Positions 44,841 through 53,964 of a DNA stretch of 64,000 nucleotides are shown one piece after another. The stretch is taken from contig JAFIFX010000011.1 of assembly GCA_020831805.1 (NCBI GenBank), positions 4,648 through 68,647 of the forward strand, written 5' to 3'. The notes below the pieces were generated by a model. It worked only from the letters and a program-made list of their open reading frames with translations. It had not been told where the DNA came from and ran no database searches. The DNA is from Planctomycetota bacterium (GTDB lineage Bacteria > Planctomycetota > Phycisphaerae > Phycisphaerales > UBA1924). Positions within the stretch are counted from its first letter, which is position 1, and every line of letters begins with the position of its first letter. The position numbers and the translations under genes were made by a program.

Positions 44841-46916
44841 ATGCTGGATCGTGTGTGGCGTGCGTCCCTGTTGGCGCTGGCGTTGGTGGGTGTGATGGGT
44901 GTCGGCGGGTGCGCCGGACCGGAGCGGGCCGAGGTGGAAGAGGCCGCCGCGGAGGACCGGGCCGTCGCGCCCGCGCTGCGGATGCGCGGCGGCGGGGCCG
45001 CGGTCGGGGCGATGGAGCCTGAGTTCCGTCGCACCGGACGCCAGCCGACCGGCAGCATCTTCGCGCCGATCGACGAGCTGCTGCCCACGCCGAGCGATCG
45101 GCGTCTGGGCTCGGGCGCGCCCGGGCCGGACTACTGGCAGCAGCGGGCCGACTACGAGATTGACGCGCGGCTGCACCCCGATGAGGAGCGGATCACCGCC
45201 TCGGTGCGGGTGACCTACCACAACAACTCGCCGCACGAGCTGACCTATGTGTGGATGCAGCTCGAGCAGAACCTGTTCCGATCGGACTCGATCGGCACGC
45301 GTCAGCGCACGCCGGGCTCGGTCATGGCGATGCTCTGGGAGGAGTTTGACGGCGGGTTCACCGTGACCAACCTCCGCGACGCCGCGGGCCGGGCGATGTC
45401 GCTGACGGCGTACGACTCGCTCGGGCGGTTTGATCCCCACGCGCCGATCGGGCCCGGTGAGGTCTACGAGTTCAGCTTCGACTACGAGTTCACGGTGCCG
45501 CCCGCGCTGCGGCGCATGGGCGCCCAGGCCGTCGAGCGCGGCAAGATCTTCCAGCTCGCCCAGTGGTTCCCCCATGTGTGCAACTACGACGATGTGCGCG
45601 GGTGGAACACGCTGCCGTACCTGGGCGCGGGCGAGTTCTACACCAACTTTGGCACTTACACGGTCAACATCACCGCGCCGGCGAGTTACGTGGTCAGCGC
45701 GACGGGGATGCTCCAGAACCCTGAGCAAGTCCTCACCCGGACCCAGCGCGACCGGCTGGCCGAGGCGATGGAATCGCGCGAGCCGGTGTGGATCATCAAA
45801 CCCGAAGAGGTGGGCACGCCCGGCTCACGCCCGGCCGCGTCGGGCGAGCTGACCTGGCGGTTCGAGGCCGAGGATGTGCGGACCTTCGCGTGGGCGGCGT
45901 CGGACGCGTTCATCTGGGACGCGAGTGTCGCGCATGTCACGGAGAAGGACGGCTCGACCAAGGCCGTGCTGTGCCAGTCGCTCTACCCGCACGAGGCCGA
46001 GGCCTGGCGTCCGGACCACCCCTCCAAGGGATCGACCCGGTCGATCCAGCACGCGATCGAGTTCTACTCGGATTTCTTCTGGCCGTACCCGTACCCGGTG
46101 ATGTCCAACATCAACGGGCCGGAGTGGGGGATGGAGTACCCGATGATTATGTTCTGCGGCTCGCGCATGAACCCGGACGGCATGTTCCGCGTGACCGACC
46201 ACGAGGTCGGCCACACCTGGTTCCCCATGATGGTCAACACCAACGAGCGGCTGTACATGTGGCTGGACGAGGGGCTCAACAGCTTCGGCGGGATCTACTC
46301 CAACGCCGCGTGGTTCGACCGCGCCGTGGACATCAACCGCCACATCGGCCAGACACTCGAGATGATCACCGCCGAGAACCCCCAGCCGATCATGACCCCG
46401 CCGGACAAGATGTGGACCGGCTGGAGCGGCCCGCTGAACTACCGCAAGACCGCGCTGGGCCTGTACCTGCTGCGTGAGAAGATCCTCGGCGTGGAGCGCT
46501 TCGACTACGCGTTCCAGGAGTACATCCGGCGGTGGAAGTTCAAGCACCCCCAGCCGGCGGACTTCTTCCGCACCATCGAGGACGCGGCGGGGATCGACCT
46601 GGCGTGGTTCTGGCGCGGCTGGTTCTTCGAGGCCGCGGACTTTGATCAGGCCGTCTCGGGCATCTTCGAGGACGGCGATCGGACGATCATCGCGCTGGAC
46701 AACCTCGGACGCATGGTCATGCCCGTGTTCCTGCGCCTGACCTACGACGACGGCACGACCGAGGACACCACCGTGCCGGTGGAGGTGTGGTCGTCGAGCG
46801 ACCGCTGGCGGGCCTCGATCCGCACGGGCGACCGCACCGTCGTCCGCGCCGAGATCGACCCCGAGGGCGTGCTGCCGGACACCGACCGATCGAACAATGT
46901 CTGGCCGAGGGAGTGA
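44841..46916 (+). CDS. M1-family (gluzincin) metallopeptidase, secreted/lipoprotein
   Basis: AAGGAG upstream. Signal with Cys (GVMGVGGCAG), GMEYP (GxMEN-like), HEVGHTWF...WLDEGLNSF (HExxH-18-E). Confidence 0.85.
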   Translation: MLDRVWRASLLALALVGVMGVGGCAGPERAEVEEAAAEDRAVAPALRMRGGGAAVGAMEPEFRRTGRQPTGSIFAPIDELLPTPSDRRLGSGAPGPDYWQQRADYEIDARLHPDEERITASVRVTYHNNSPHELTYVWMQLEQNLFRSDSIGTRQRTPGSVMAMLWEEFDGGFTVTNLRDAAGRAMSLTAYDSLGRFDPHAPIGPGEVYEFSFDYEFTVPPALRRMGAQAVERGKIFQLAQWFPHVCNYDDVRGWNTLPYLGAGEFYTNFGTYTVNITAPASYVVSATGMLQNPEQVLTRTQRDRLAEAMESREPVWIIKPEEVGTPGSRPAASGELTWRFEAEDVRTFAWAASDAFIWDASVAHVTEKDGSTKAVLCQSLYPHEAEAWRPDHPSKGSTRSIQHAIEFYSDFFWPYPYPVMSNINGPEWGMEYPMIMFCGSRMNPDGMFRVTDHEVGHTWFPMMVNTNERLYMWLDEGLNSFGGIYSNAAWFDRAVDINRHIGQTLEMITAENPQPIMTPPDKMWTGWSGPLNYRKTALGLYLLREKILGVERFDYAFQEYIRRWKFKHPQPADFFRTIEDAAGIDLAWFWRGWFFEAADFDQAVSGIFEDGDRTIIALDNLGRMVMPVFLRLTYDDGTTEDTTVPVEVWSSSDRWRASIRTGDRTVVRAEIDPEGVLPDTDRSNNVWPRE

Positions 46917-46944
46917 GGCTGACTACCCCGTCGCTAAACAGCCT

Positions 46945-47062
46945 CGCACGCCAGGAAGCGGACGCGGTGGCTTCATGCACAACATAAACGCTTTCCGCGA
47001 GCCGTGCCGCGGAAAGCGTTCTTTCCTGCCATGACGATTGATCGTCCGCTTCCTGGCGTGCG
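46945..47062. repeat. Nested inverted repeat: perfect 20-bp outer arms enclosing the terminator hairpin
   Basis: cgcacgccaggaagcggacg (46945-46964) is the exact reverse complement of cgtccgcttcctggcgtgcg (47043-47062). Confidence 0.8.
46987..47026. terminator. Bidirectional intrinsic terminator between convergent genes
   Basis: 13-bp stem aacgctttccgcg / cgcggaaagcgtt with an 8-nt loop, followed by ctttcc on the plus strand and tttatgtt on the minus strand. Confidence 0.7.
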
Positions 47063-47077
47063 CGGCGACCTACTGAG

Positions 47078-47590
47078 TCACATGATCCACACGACCAGCC
47101 ACGCCAGCGCCGCGGCGTAGACGGCGGCGACGAGGTCGTCGAGCAGGATGCCCCAGCCGGAGGGGATGTTCTGGAGCCGGTTGCAGGGCCAGGGCTTGGC
47201 GATGTCCATCGCCCGGAACAGCACGAAGGCCCCGGCCAGGCTGATCAGCGCGAAGAAGGCCTCGTTGGCCATCAGCGAGGGGGGCAGCAGCAGCAGGGTC
47301 AGGGCCATGCCGGCGGTTTCGTCGGCGACGACCGGTGAGGGGTCCTTGCCCCAGCGGGCCTCCGCGGCGTCGCCGCCCACGATGCAGAATGCCGAGAAGG
47401 CGATGGTGATGGCCAGCATGACCAGCGCGTAGACCCACCACAGCCCAGTGGCCGGGCCAGCCCCCGCGACGATCAGGACCGCGGCGAGGACGACCGGGGG
47501 CAGCGAGCCCCAGGTGCCCGAGGCCGGGCGGAAGAAGCCCAGGCCGCCGGTGGTGAGCATCAGTTCGTGCGTGGGGTCTTGTCTGTTCAT
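47078..47590 (-). CDS. pgpA: Phosphatidylglycerophosphatase A
   Basis: GLGFFRPASGTWGSL..., VVADETAGM, FRAMDIAKPWP... and GWGILLDD are typical of PgpA. Confidence 0.85.
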   Translation of the reverse strand: MNRQDPTHELMLTTGGLGFFRPASGTWGSLPPVVLAAVLIVAGAGPATGLWWVYALVMLAITIAFSAFCIVGGDAAEARWGKDPSPVVADETAGMALTLLLLPPSLMANEAFFALISLAGAFVLFRAMDIAKPWPCNRLQNIPSGWGILLDDLVAAVYAAALAWLVVWIM

Positions 47591-47604
47591 AAATCGGTGC
47601 GTGG

Positions 47605-48450
47605 TTAGCGTTTGCGTCGCTTGGCCTGGCCGCCCCCGGAGGGTTTTTTGTCCCGGGTCTTGGGACTGGGCATGGCGGTGGGCTTGCGGGGCTTGTGAGC
47701 GTTGATCAGCTGCATCATCTTCTGTTGCTGCTGGACGGTGTGCTGCATGGCCCGCCAGATGTAGGGCCCGGCCGAGACCAGGGTCACGCCCGTGGTGATC
47801 CACATCAGCATGACCAGGAAGGTCCGGGCCGGGGTGTCCGGGCCGGGGCTGGCGAAGGCGACGATCAGCAGGATCAGGGGGACCGCGGCGGACTGGAGGA
47901 TCATCTTCGCCTTGCCCGACCAGCCGGCGGCGAAATCGACCCCGTCGGCCTCGTAGACGGCCCGGATCGAGGTGACCAGCAGCTCCCGCCCGACCATGGC
48001 GAAGACCATCCAGCCGGCGACGGCGGAGACCTGGATCCGGCCGATGCCCTCGACCGACGAGGTAAACCCGGGCCCGGCGAGCATGATGAAGGCGCCGAGG
48101 ACGAGCAGTTTGTCGGCCAGCGGGTCCATCACGCGACCGAACTTGCTTTCCACCTTCCACTTGCGCGCCAGGTGCCCGTCCAGCGCGTCGGTCAGGGCCG
48201 CGATCACAAAGAGGACCGCGGCGGTGACAAGGATCGCGGTCGAGGCGTGGGTGAGATCGCCCAGGCGGTCACCCAGCGAGGGCTGGGTGCGCAGAGCGCG
48301 GGCCGAAACGGACGAGAGCAGGATGACCACCACGATGGCGATGACCAGCCGGCCGAGGGTCAGCAGGTTGGGGATGTGAACCTTGCGGGTCGGCTGGGGC
48401 ATGGGCCCGGGGGCGACGCGCTGCTGGATGCGCATTTCGTTGGGGTTCAT
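47605..48450 (-). CDS. pgsA: CDP-diacylglycerol--glycerol-3-phosphate 3-phosphatidyltransferase
   Basis: IPNLLTLGRL and the CDP-alcohol motif DALDGHLARKWKVESKFGRVMDPLADK. Basic C-terminal tail. ATG at 48450 was chosen. Confidence 0.9.
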   Translation of the reverse strand: MNPNEMRIQQRVAPGPMPQPTRKVHIPNLLTLGRLVIAIVVVILLSSVSARALRTQPSLGDRLGDLTHASTAILVTAAVLFVIAALTDALDGHLARKWKVESKFGRVMDPLADKLLVLGAFIMLAGPGFTSSVEGIGRIQVSAVAGWMVFAMVGRELLVTSIRAVYEADGVDFAAGWSGKAKMILQSAAVPLILLIVAFASPGPDTPARTFLVMLMWITTGVTLVSAGPYIWRAMQHTVQQQQKMMQLINAHKPRKPTAMPSPKTRDKKPSGGGQAKRRKR

Positions 48451-48675
48451 GAGGGTCGATGGTAGGAGCCGCGCGGGGAATCGCAAGCCCGACGCGGGGT
48501 GAGGGCGGCCCGCCGGTTTGGAGCACGGGATGATGAGGTTGGTAGACGCTCACCGCGATCGGATCTATCGTGCCCCCCATTCACGGCGGCGGAGGCTGCG
48601 AGCCCCCGACCGACCGCGGGCGGGCGTCCGAGGGTCGTGTTCGGGCGATAGGGCACATGCACCGGAAGGCAGTCC

Positions 48676-49665
48676 TTGGAACAGTTCATCAGCCCGATCG
48701 TGCTGTACATGGTGTGCGTGCTGGGCGCCGCCGGTCTGGCGCTGGCCCTGCCGCGACGCGGGCCGAACCTCGTGCCGCTGGGCGCGGTGTTCCTGGCGGG
48801 GGCCGCGGGCCTGGCGGTGGTGAGCATGGCCTCGCGGGTGGGGGGCTTCACGCTGAGCGCCGGGGGGCCCGGGCTTTTCTTCTACCTGTTCGCGGCGATC
48901 GGACTGGGCGCGTCGGTCCGCGTGATCACGCACCCGCGCCCGGTCTACTCGGCGTTGTACTTCATCCTGACGATCATCGCCTCGTGCGGGCTGTACCTGC
49001 TGATGGGCGCGGAGTTCATGGCGTTCGCGTTGATCATCATCTACGCGGGCGCGATCCTGATCACCTACCTGTTCGTGATCATGCTGGCCACGCAGGCCCC
49101 GACGGGCACGCAGCGGGACCTGACCGACGACACCGACGCGGTCGCCCGCGAGCCGGTGGTGGGGGCGATCATCGGCTTCGTGCTGATGGGCATGATCTCG
49201 ACGCTGCTGTTCGACGGCGTCGGCTCGCTGCAGACGCCCGAGCGGTTCGACCCCGACGCGGTGCTGGCCGACCTGCCCCGCAAGGCCGACCGCGTGCTCC
49301 GTGAGGCCGACCTGATCGAGCCCTACGAGCAGGTCCTCCGCATCGAGCCGGGGCGTGCGGCCTTGGACACCGAGGCCCGCACGATCGTGATCTACAACGA
49401 GCGTTCCGACTCGACCCGCACGCTCGGCCCCGACCGATGGCCCGACGATCTGCGGGCGACCAACCTCGACCGGCTGGGCTGGAACCTGCTCAACGACCAC
49501 CCTATGACCATCGAGATCGCCGGCGTGATCCTGCTGATGGCGATGCTCGGGGCGACCGTGCTGGCCCGCAGGCACATCGAGTTCGAAGAGGAACTCAAGG
49601 CCGAGAAGGCCCGGCACCTGAGCCCCAGGACGGGCCGGGTCGGCAACACGGGGGGGGCGTCATGA
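48676..49665 (+). CDS. nuoJ: NADH-quinone oxidoreductase subunit J, with a ~110-aa insertion before the last TM helix
   Basis: TM pattern and position directly upstream of nuoK (ATGA overlap). 329 aa is longer than I expect for NuoJ. TTG start. Confidence 0.8.
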   Translation: MEQFISPIVLYMVCVLGAAGLALALPRRGPNLVPLGAVFLAGAAGLAVVSMASRVGGFTLSAGGPGLFFYLFAAIGLGASVRVITHPRPVYSALYFILTIIASCGLYLLMGAEFMAFALIIIYAGAILITYLFVIMLATQAPTGTQRDLTDDTDAVAREPVVGAIIGFVLMGMISTLLFDGVGSLQTPERFDPDAVLADLPRKADRVLREADLIEPYEQVLRIEPGRAALDTEARTIVIYNERSDSTRTLGPDRWPDDLRATNLDRLGWNLLNDHPMTIEIAGVILLMAMLGATVLARRHIEFEEELKAEKARHLSPRTGRVGNTGGAS

Positions 49666-50015
49666 ACGAGGCCGCCGTGGTCGCCCAGTCCGCCGCGCCG
49701 TACCTGCTCTCCGACGGGGTGCTGGCCCACTACCTGTTCGTCTCCGCGGCGATGTTCTCGCTGGGCCTGATCGGCTTTATCACCCGGCGGAACCTGATCG
49801 TGATGTTCCTCTGCACGGAGCTGATGTTCCAGGCGGCGGGCATCGCGCTGATCGCCTTCGGGCGGTACCACCTGGGCGAGGACGGGCAGAGTTTCGTGAT
49901 CTTCGTGCTCTGCGTCGCGGCCGCGGAGGCGGCGATGGCGCTGGCGCTCGTGGTGCTGCTGTTCCGGCGTCATGAGTCGCTCTCGGCCGAGCCCTGGAAG
50001 GAGCTGCACGGGTGA
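49662..50015 (+). CDS. nuoK: NADH-quinone oxidoreductase subunit K
   Basis: FSLGLIGFITRRNLIVMFLCTELMFQAAGIALIAF....AAAEAAMALALVV is typical of NuoK. Confidence 0.9.
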   Translation: MNEAAVVAQSAAPYLLSDGVLAHYLFVSAAMFSLGLIGFITRRNLIVMFLCTELMFQAAGIALIAFGRYHLGEDGQSFVIFVLCVAAAEAAMALALVVLLFRRHESLSAEPWKELHG

Positions 50016-52363
50016 TCGCCGATCTATTGACCACCCCGGCCCTGTCGATGTCCACGGACGCGGCGTCGCTCTCCGTCGGCACGGGCCCGAGCTGGGTGCT
50101 GCTGATCCCGTTCCTGGCGTTGCTCGGCGCGGCCCTCTGCGGCGTGTACGCGGCGCTGGGCGTCAAGACCAAGGCCCCGGCGTGGACCATCGTCGCGCTG
50201 CTCGCCGCCTCGTTCGCCGCGACGGTGGCGATGTGGCTGGGTTTCGACGGCAACCCCTACACCGTCAAGGCCTTCGACTGGATCCAGGTCCGCTGGGGCG
50301 AGGGGACGGGGGCCGCGGCGTTCATCGCCAACTTCTCGTTCTATGTCGACACGCTGACCATCTACTGGATGCTGTTCGTCACGGGCCTGGCCACGCTGAT
50401 CGCCCTGTACGCCAGCGAGTACATGTCGCACGATGTGGGCACGGGCTACAGCCGCTTCTTCGCCGCTTTCAGCCTGTTCGTCTTCTCCATGGCCTGCCTG
50501 GTCATGGGCGACAACTTCATCATGCTCTATCTCGGCTGGGAGGGCGTGGGCCTCTGCTCCTACCTGCTGATCGGCTACTTCTACAAGAAGCCCAGCGCGG
50601 TGGCCGCGGCCAAGAAGGCCTTCATCGTCAACCGCATCGGCGACCTCGGCCTGGCGCTGGGCATCTACCTGATCTTCGTCCACTTCGGCACGGTCGAGTT
50701 CGCCGCCCTGTTCGCGGACGCGAAGCTCCAGGGCTATCTCGAGGCGGCGAAGGTCGGCAACTTCGACGACATCCCGGCCATGGCCAAGGCCATCCCGCTG
50801 CTGCTGATGGTGGGGGCGTTCGGCAAGTCGGCCCAGTTCCCGCTGTATGTGTGGTTGCCCGACGCGATGGAAGGCCCGACCCCGGTGTCGGCCCTGATCC
50901 ACGCCGCCACGATGGTGACCGCGGGCGTGTACCTGATCGCCCGGACCTACCCGCTGTTCCTGACCAGCGAGATCGCCCTGCCGATCGTCGCCTGGATCGG
51001 CACGATCACGGCCCTGCTGGCCGCCACGATCGGCATGGCCCAGTTCGACATCAAAAGGATTATGGCGTACTCGACGGTCTCGCAGCTCGGCTACATGTTC
51101 GCCGGGCTGGGCGTGCTCACGCCGACGGGCGCGGCCTACCACACGCTGACCCACGCCTTCTTCAAGGCCCTGCTGTTCCTCTGCTGCGGCGCGGTGATGC
51201 ACGGCTTCGCCGGTCAGCTCGACCTGCGCAAGCTCAGCGGCCTGCGCAAGGTCCCCGGCTGGCGCTGGGTGACCATCGGCATGCTGGTCGGCTGCCTGAA
51301 CCTGGCCGGCTTCCCCATCACCGCGGGCTACTTCAGCAAGGACACCATCCTGGCCGAGGCGTTCGTGACCCCGGGGGCGTCGGTGATCGGCTTCCTGCTG
51401 CTGCTGACCGCCGGCCTGACGGCCTACTACACCTTCCGCGTGTTCTTCCGTGTGTTCATGGGCCCGGTGCACTACGAGGCGGGCGAGGAAGGCCACGACC
51501 ACGAGCACCACGACGACCACGCCCACGACACGCCCGGTCACCACGGTGACCACGAGTCCGAGCCCCACAGCGTCGAGTCCGAACCGGCCTCGCAGGGCCC
51601 CGAGCACACCAGCTCGGAAGAAAAGCACTTCGCCAAACACTCGCCCGCGCCGGACAAGGCCAAGCAGCACGAGTTCCACCCCCACGCCCCCGGCTGGGCT
51701 ATCAACGCCGTGCTGATCACGCTGACGGCCCTGTCGGTCCTGGCCAGCGGGCTGTACTTCGTCGGCGGGAACAAGGACCTGCACACCAAGCACTACGCCG
51801 GCACCATGATCGCCCAGTCCACCGCCGCCTACGACACGCCCTATGACAAGTACGCCTTCAAGGGCGAGCACGCCGTGGCCCAGCCCGGCGTCGGCCCCCG
51901 CGGCGTGATCGCCGAGCCGCTGACCATGCCGATCATCGGCGGCGACCCGCACAAGATGATGTACTTCGTCTCGGGCGTCATCGGGCTGGTCGGCATCGCC
52001 CTGGCCTGGTGGCTGCACCTGGCCGGACGCACGACCGCCGCGGAGTGCCGCATGGACAAGGTCGCCCGGATGTTCGGCCCGATCCCGAAGTGGGCCGAGC
52101 ACAAGTGGTATGTGGACGAGTTCTACCACGCGGTGTTCCGCATGCCGCTGGTGATCGTCTCCCACCTCTCGCACTGGTTCGACAAGCTGGTGATCGACGG
52201 GCTGGTGAACCTGTTCGGCTTGCTGCCGCGGGTGCTCGGCGGGCTGATCCGCCCGTCGCAGTCCGGCGCGCTGCAGGGCTACGCGGCCGGGATGATCGGC
52301 GGCGCGGCGGTGCTGTTGCTGGTCGTGCTGCTGATCGCGGCCCGGATCGGGGGTGCCGCGTGA
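50012..52363 (+). CDS. nuoL: NADH-quinone oxidoreductase subunit L, with a His/acidic-rich insertion
   Basis: MLYLGWEGVGLCSYLLIGY, GAFGKSAQFPLYVWLPDAMEGPTPVSALIHAATMVTAGVYL. Insertion EEGHDHEHHDDHAHDTPGHHGDHESEPH. Confidence 0.9.
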   Translation: MIADLLTTPALSMSTDAASLSVGTGPSWVLLIPFLALLGAALCGVYAALGVKTKAPAWTIVALLAASFAATVAMWLGFDGNPYTVKAFDWIQVRWGEGTGAAAFIANFSFYVDTLTIYWMLFVTGLATLIALYASEYMSHDVGTGYSRFFAAFSLFVFSMACLVMGDNFIMLYLGWEGVGLCSYLLIGYFYKKPSAVAAAKKAFIVNRIGDLGLALGIYLIFVHFGTVEFAALFADAKLQGYLEAAKVGNFDDIPAMAKAIPLLLMVGAFGKSAQFPLYVWLPDAMEGPTPVSALIHAATMVTAGVYLIARTYPLFLTSEIALPIVAWIGTITALLAATIGMAQFDIKRIMAYSTVSQLGYMFAGLGVLTPTGAAYHTLTHAFFKALLFLCCGAVMHGFAGQLDLRKLSGLRKVPGWRWVTIGMLVGCLNLAGFPITAGYFSKDTILAEAFVTPGASVIGFLLLLTAGLTAYYTFRVFFRVFMGPVHYEAGEEGHDHEHHDDHAHDTPGHHGDHESEPHSVESEPASQGPEHTSSEEKHFAKHSPAPDKAKQHEFHPHAPGWAINAVLITLTALSVLASGLYFVGGNKDLHTKHYAGTMIAQSTAAYDTPYDKYAFKGEHAVAQPGVGPRGVIAEPLTMPIIGGDPHKMMYFVSGVIGLVGIALAWWLHLAGRTTAAECRMDKVARMFGPIPKWAEHKWYVDEFYHAVFRMPLVIVSHLSHWFDKLVIDGLVNLFGLLPRVLGGLIRPSQSGALQGYAAGMIGGAAVLLLVVLLIAARIGGAA

Positions 52364-53964
52364 GCCCGCTGTGGACCATCCTGCTGATCCTCGTCCCGCT
52401 GGCCGGCGCGCTGCTGGTGATCTTCGGCGGCGACGGCAAAAACGCGTACCGCGACGCGCTGTGGGCCTCGATCGCCTCGCTCGTGCCCGCGGTCATGATG
52501 CTCATCCGGTTCGACTACACCCGGGCCGCCGAGTTCCAGGGCGCCGCCTCGTGGACCTGGATCGAGCAGCTCGGCCTGCGTCTGTCGATCGGGACCGATT
52601 CGATCGCCCTGCTGCTCATCGCCCTGACCGTGCTGCTCGGCCCGGTCTGCGTGCTGGCCAGCAAGACGGCCATCACCAAGCACCGGCGGATGTACTACGC
52701 CTGGCTGCTGATCCTCCAGGCCGCGATGGTCGGGGTGTTCGCCAGCCGCGACCTGCTGATGTTCTACATCTGCTTCGAGTTCACCCTGCTGCCCATGTTC
52801 GTGCTGATCCGCATGTTCGGCTCGACCAACCGGGTGGCGGCGTCGACCAAGTTCTTCCTCTACACCTTCACCGGCTCGATCATCGCCCTGGCCGGGCTGG
52901 TCTATGTGGTCGGCTTCGCGGCGGACCTCAACGGCGCGTGGTCGCTGGACATCGGCGTGCTGACCGCCGCCGCGGCGCAGATGAGCGCGGGTCAGCAGGC
53001 CATGGTGCTCGGCGCGCTGCTGGCGGGCTTCGCGGTCAAGGTGCCGCTCTTCCCCGTGCACACCTGGCTGCCCCTGGCCCACACCGAGGCCCCGACCGCC
53101 GGCTCGGTCATCCTGGCCGGCGTGCTGCTCAAGCTGGGCACCTACGGCATCTACCGCTTCGCGATCCCCATGGCCCCGGCCGCGTTCACCGAGTACGCCC
53201 CGGCCATCGCGACGCTGTCGATCGTCGGCATCATCTACGCCGGCCTGATCTGCTGGATCCAGGACGACATCAAGAAGCTGGTGGCCTATTCCTCGGTCAG
53301 CCACCTGGGCTTCTGCGTGCTCGGGCTGGCGGCGCTCAACGCCGCGGGCCTGTCCGGCTCGGTGCTCTACATGCTCAGCCACGGGCTCTCAACCGGCGGG
53401 CTGTTCCTCATGATCGGCTTCATGTACGAGCGCTACCACACCCGCGACATGCGCAAGGTCTCCGGCCTGGCCAGCAAGATGCCGGTGTGGGCCTTCTTCA
53501 TGGTCTTCTTCGCGATGGCCTCGGTCGGCCTGCCCGGCCTGAACGGGTTCCCCTCCGAGCTGCTCTGCCTGATCGGCGCTTTCCAGGCCGACGAGGCGTG
53601 GACGCTCGCGGGCGAGCCCGGCGCGGCGGGCGTGACCCTCGGCCCGTGGTACGCCGCGGTCGCCGGCCTGGGCATGGTCATCGCCGCGATGTACCTGCTG
53701 ATCATGGTCGGGCGGATCTGCTTCGGCCCCCTGGTCGAGCCGGAGGGCCACCACGCCCACGCCGTGCTGCCCGACGACCTCAACACCCGCGAGATCATCA
53801 CCCTGCTCCCGCTGGCGGTGGGCTGCCTGGTCTTCGGCTTCTTCCCCGGGCTGCTGCTCGACGCGATCCACGACCCGGTCAACCAGACGCTTGAGCTGGT
53901 CCGCGCCGGCTCGGCCGCCGCCGCCGACACCGCCGGTGCGTTCACCCAGGGGGTGCGTCCGTGA
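52360..53964 (+). CDS. nuoM: NADH-quinone oxidoreductase subunit M
   Basis: GTG overlaps the nuoL stop. FAVKVPLFPVHTWLPLAHTEAPTAGSVILAGVLLKLGTYG. Confidence 0.9.
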   Translation: MSPLWTILLILVPLAGALLVIFGGDGKNAYRDALWASIASLVPAVMMLIRFDYTRAAEFQGAASWTWIEQLGLRLSIGTDSIALLLIALTVLLGPVCVLASKTAITKHRRMYYAWLLILQAAMVGVFASRDLLMFYICFEFTLLPMFVLIRMFGSTNRVAASTKFFLYTFTGSIIALAGLVYVVGFAADLNGAWSLDIGVLTAAAAQMSAGQQAMVLGALLAGFAVKVPLFPVHTWLPLAHTEAPTAGSVILAGVLLKLGTYGIYRFAIPMAPAAFTEYAPAIATLSIVGIIYAGLICWIQDDIKKLVAYSSVSHLGFCVLGLAALNAAGLSGSVLYMLSHGLSTGGLFLMIGFMYERYHTRDMRKVSGLASKMPVWAFFMVFFAMASVGLPGLNGFPSELLCLIGAFQADEAWTLAGEPGAAGVTLGPWYAAVAGLGMVIAAMYLLIMVGRICFGPLVEPEGHHAHAVLPDDLNTREIITLLPLAVGCLVFGFFPGLLLDAIHDPVNQTLELVRAGSAAAADTAGAFTQGVRP

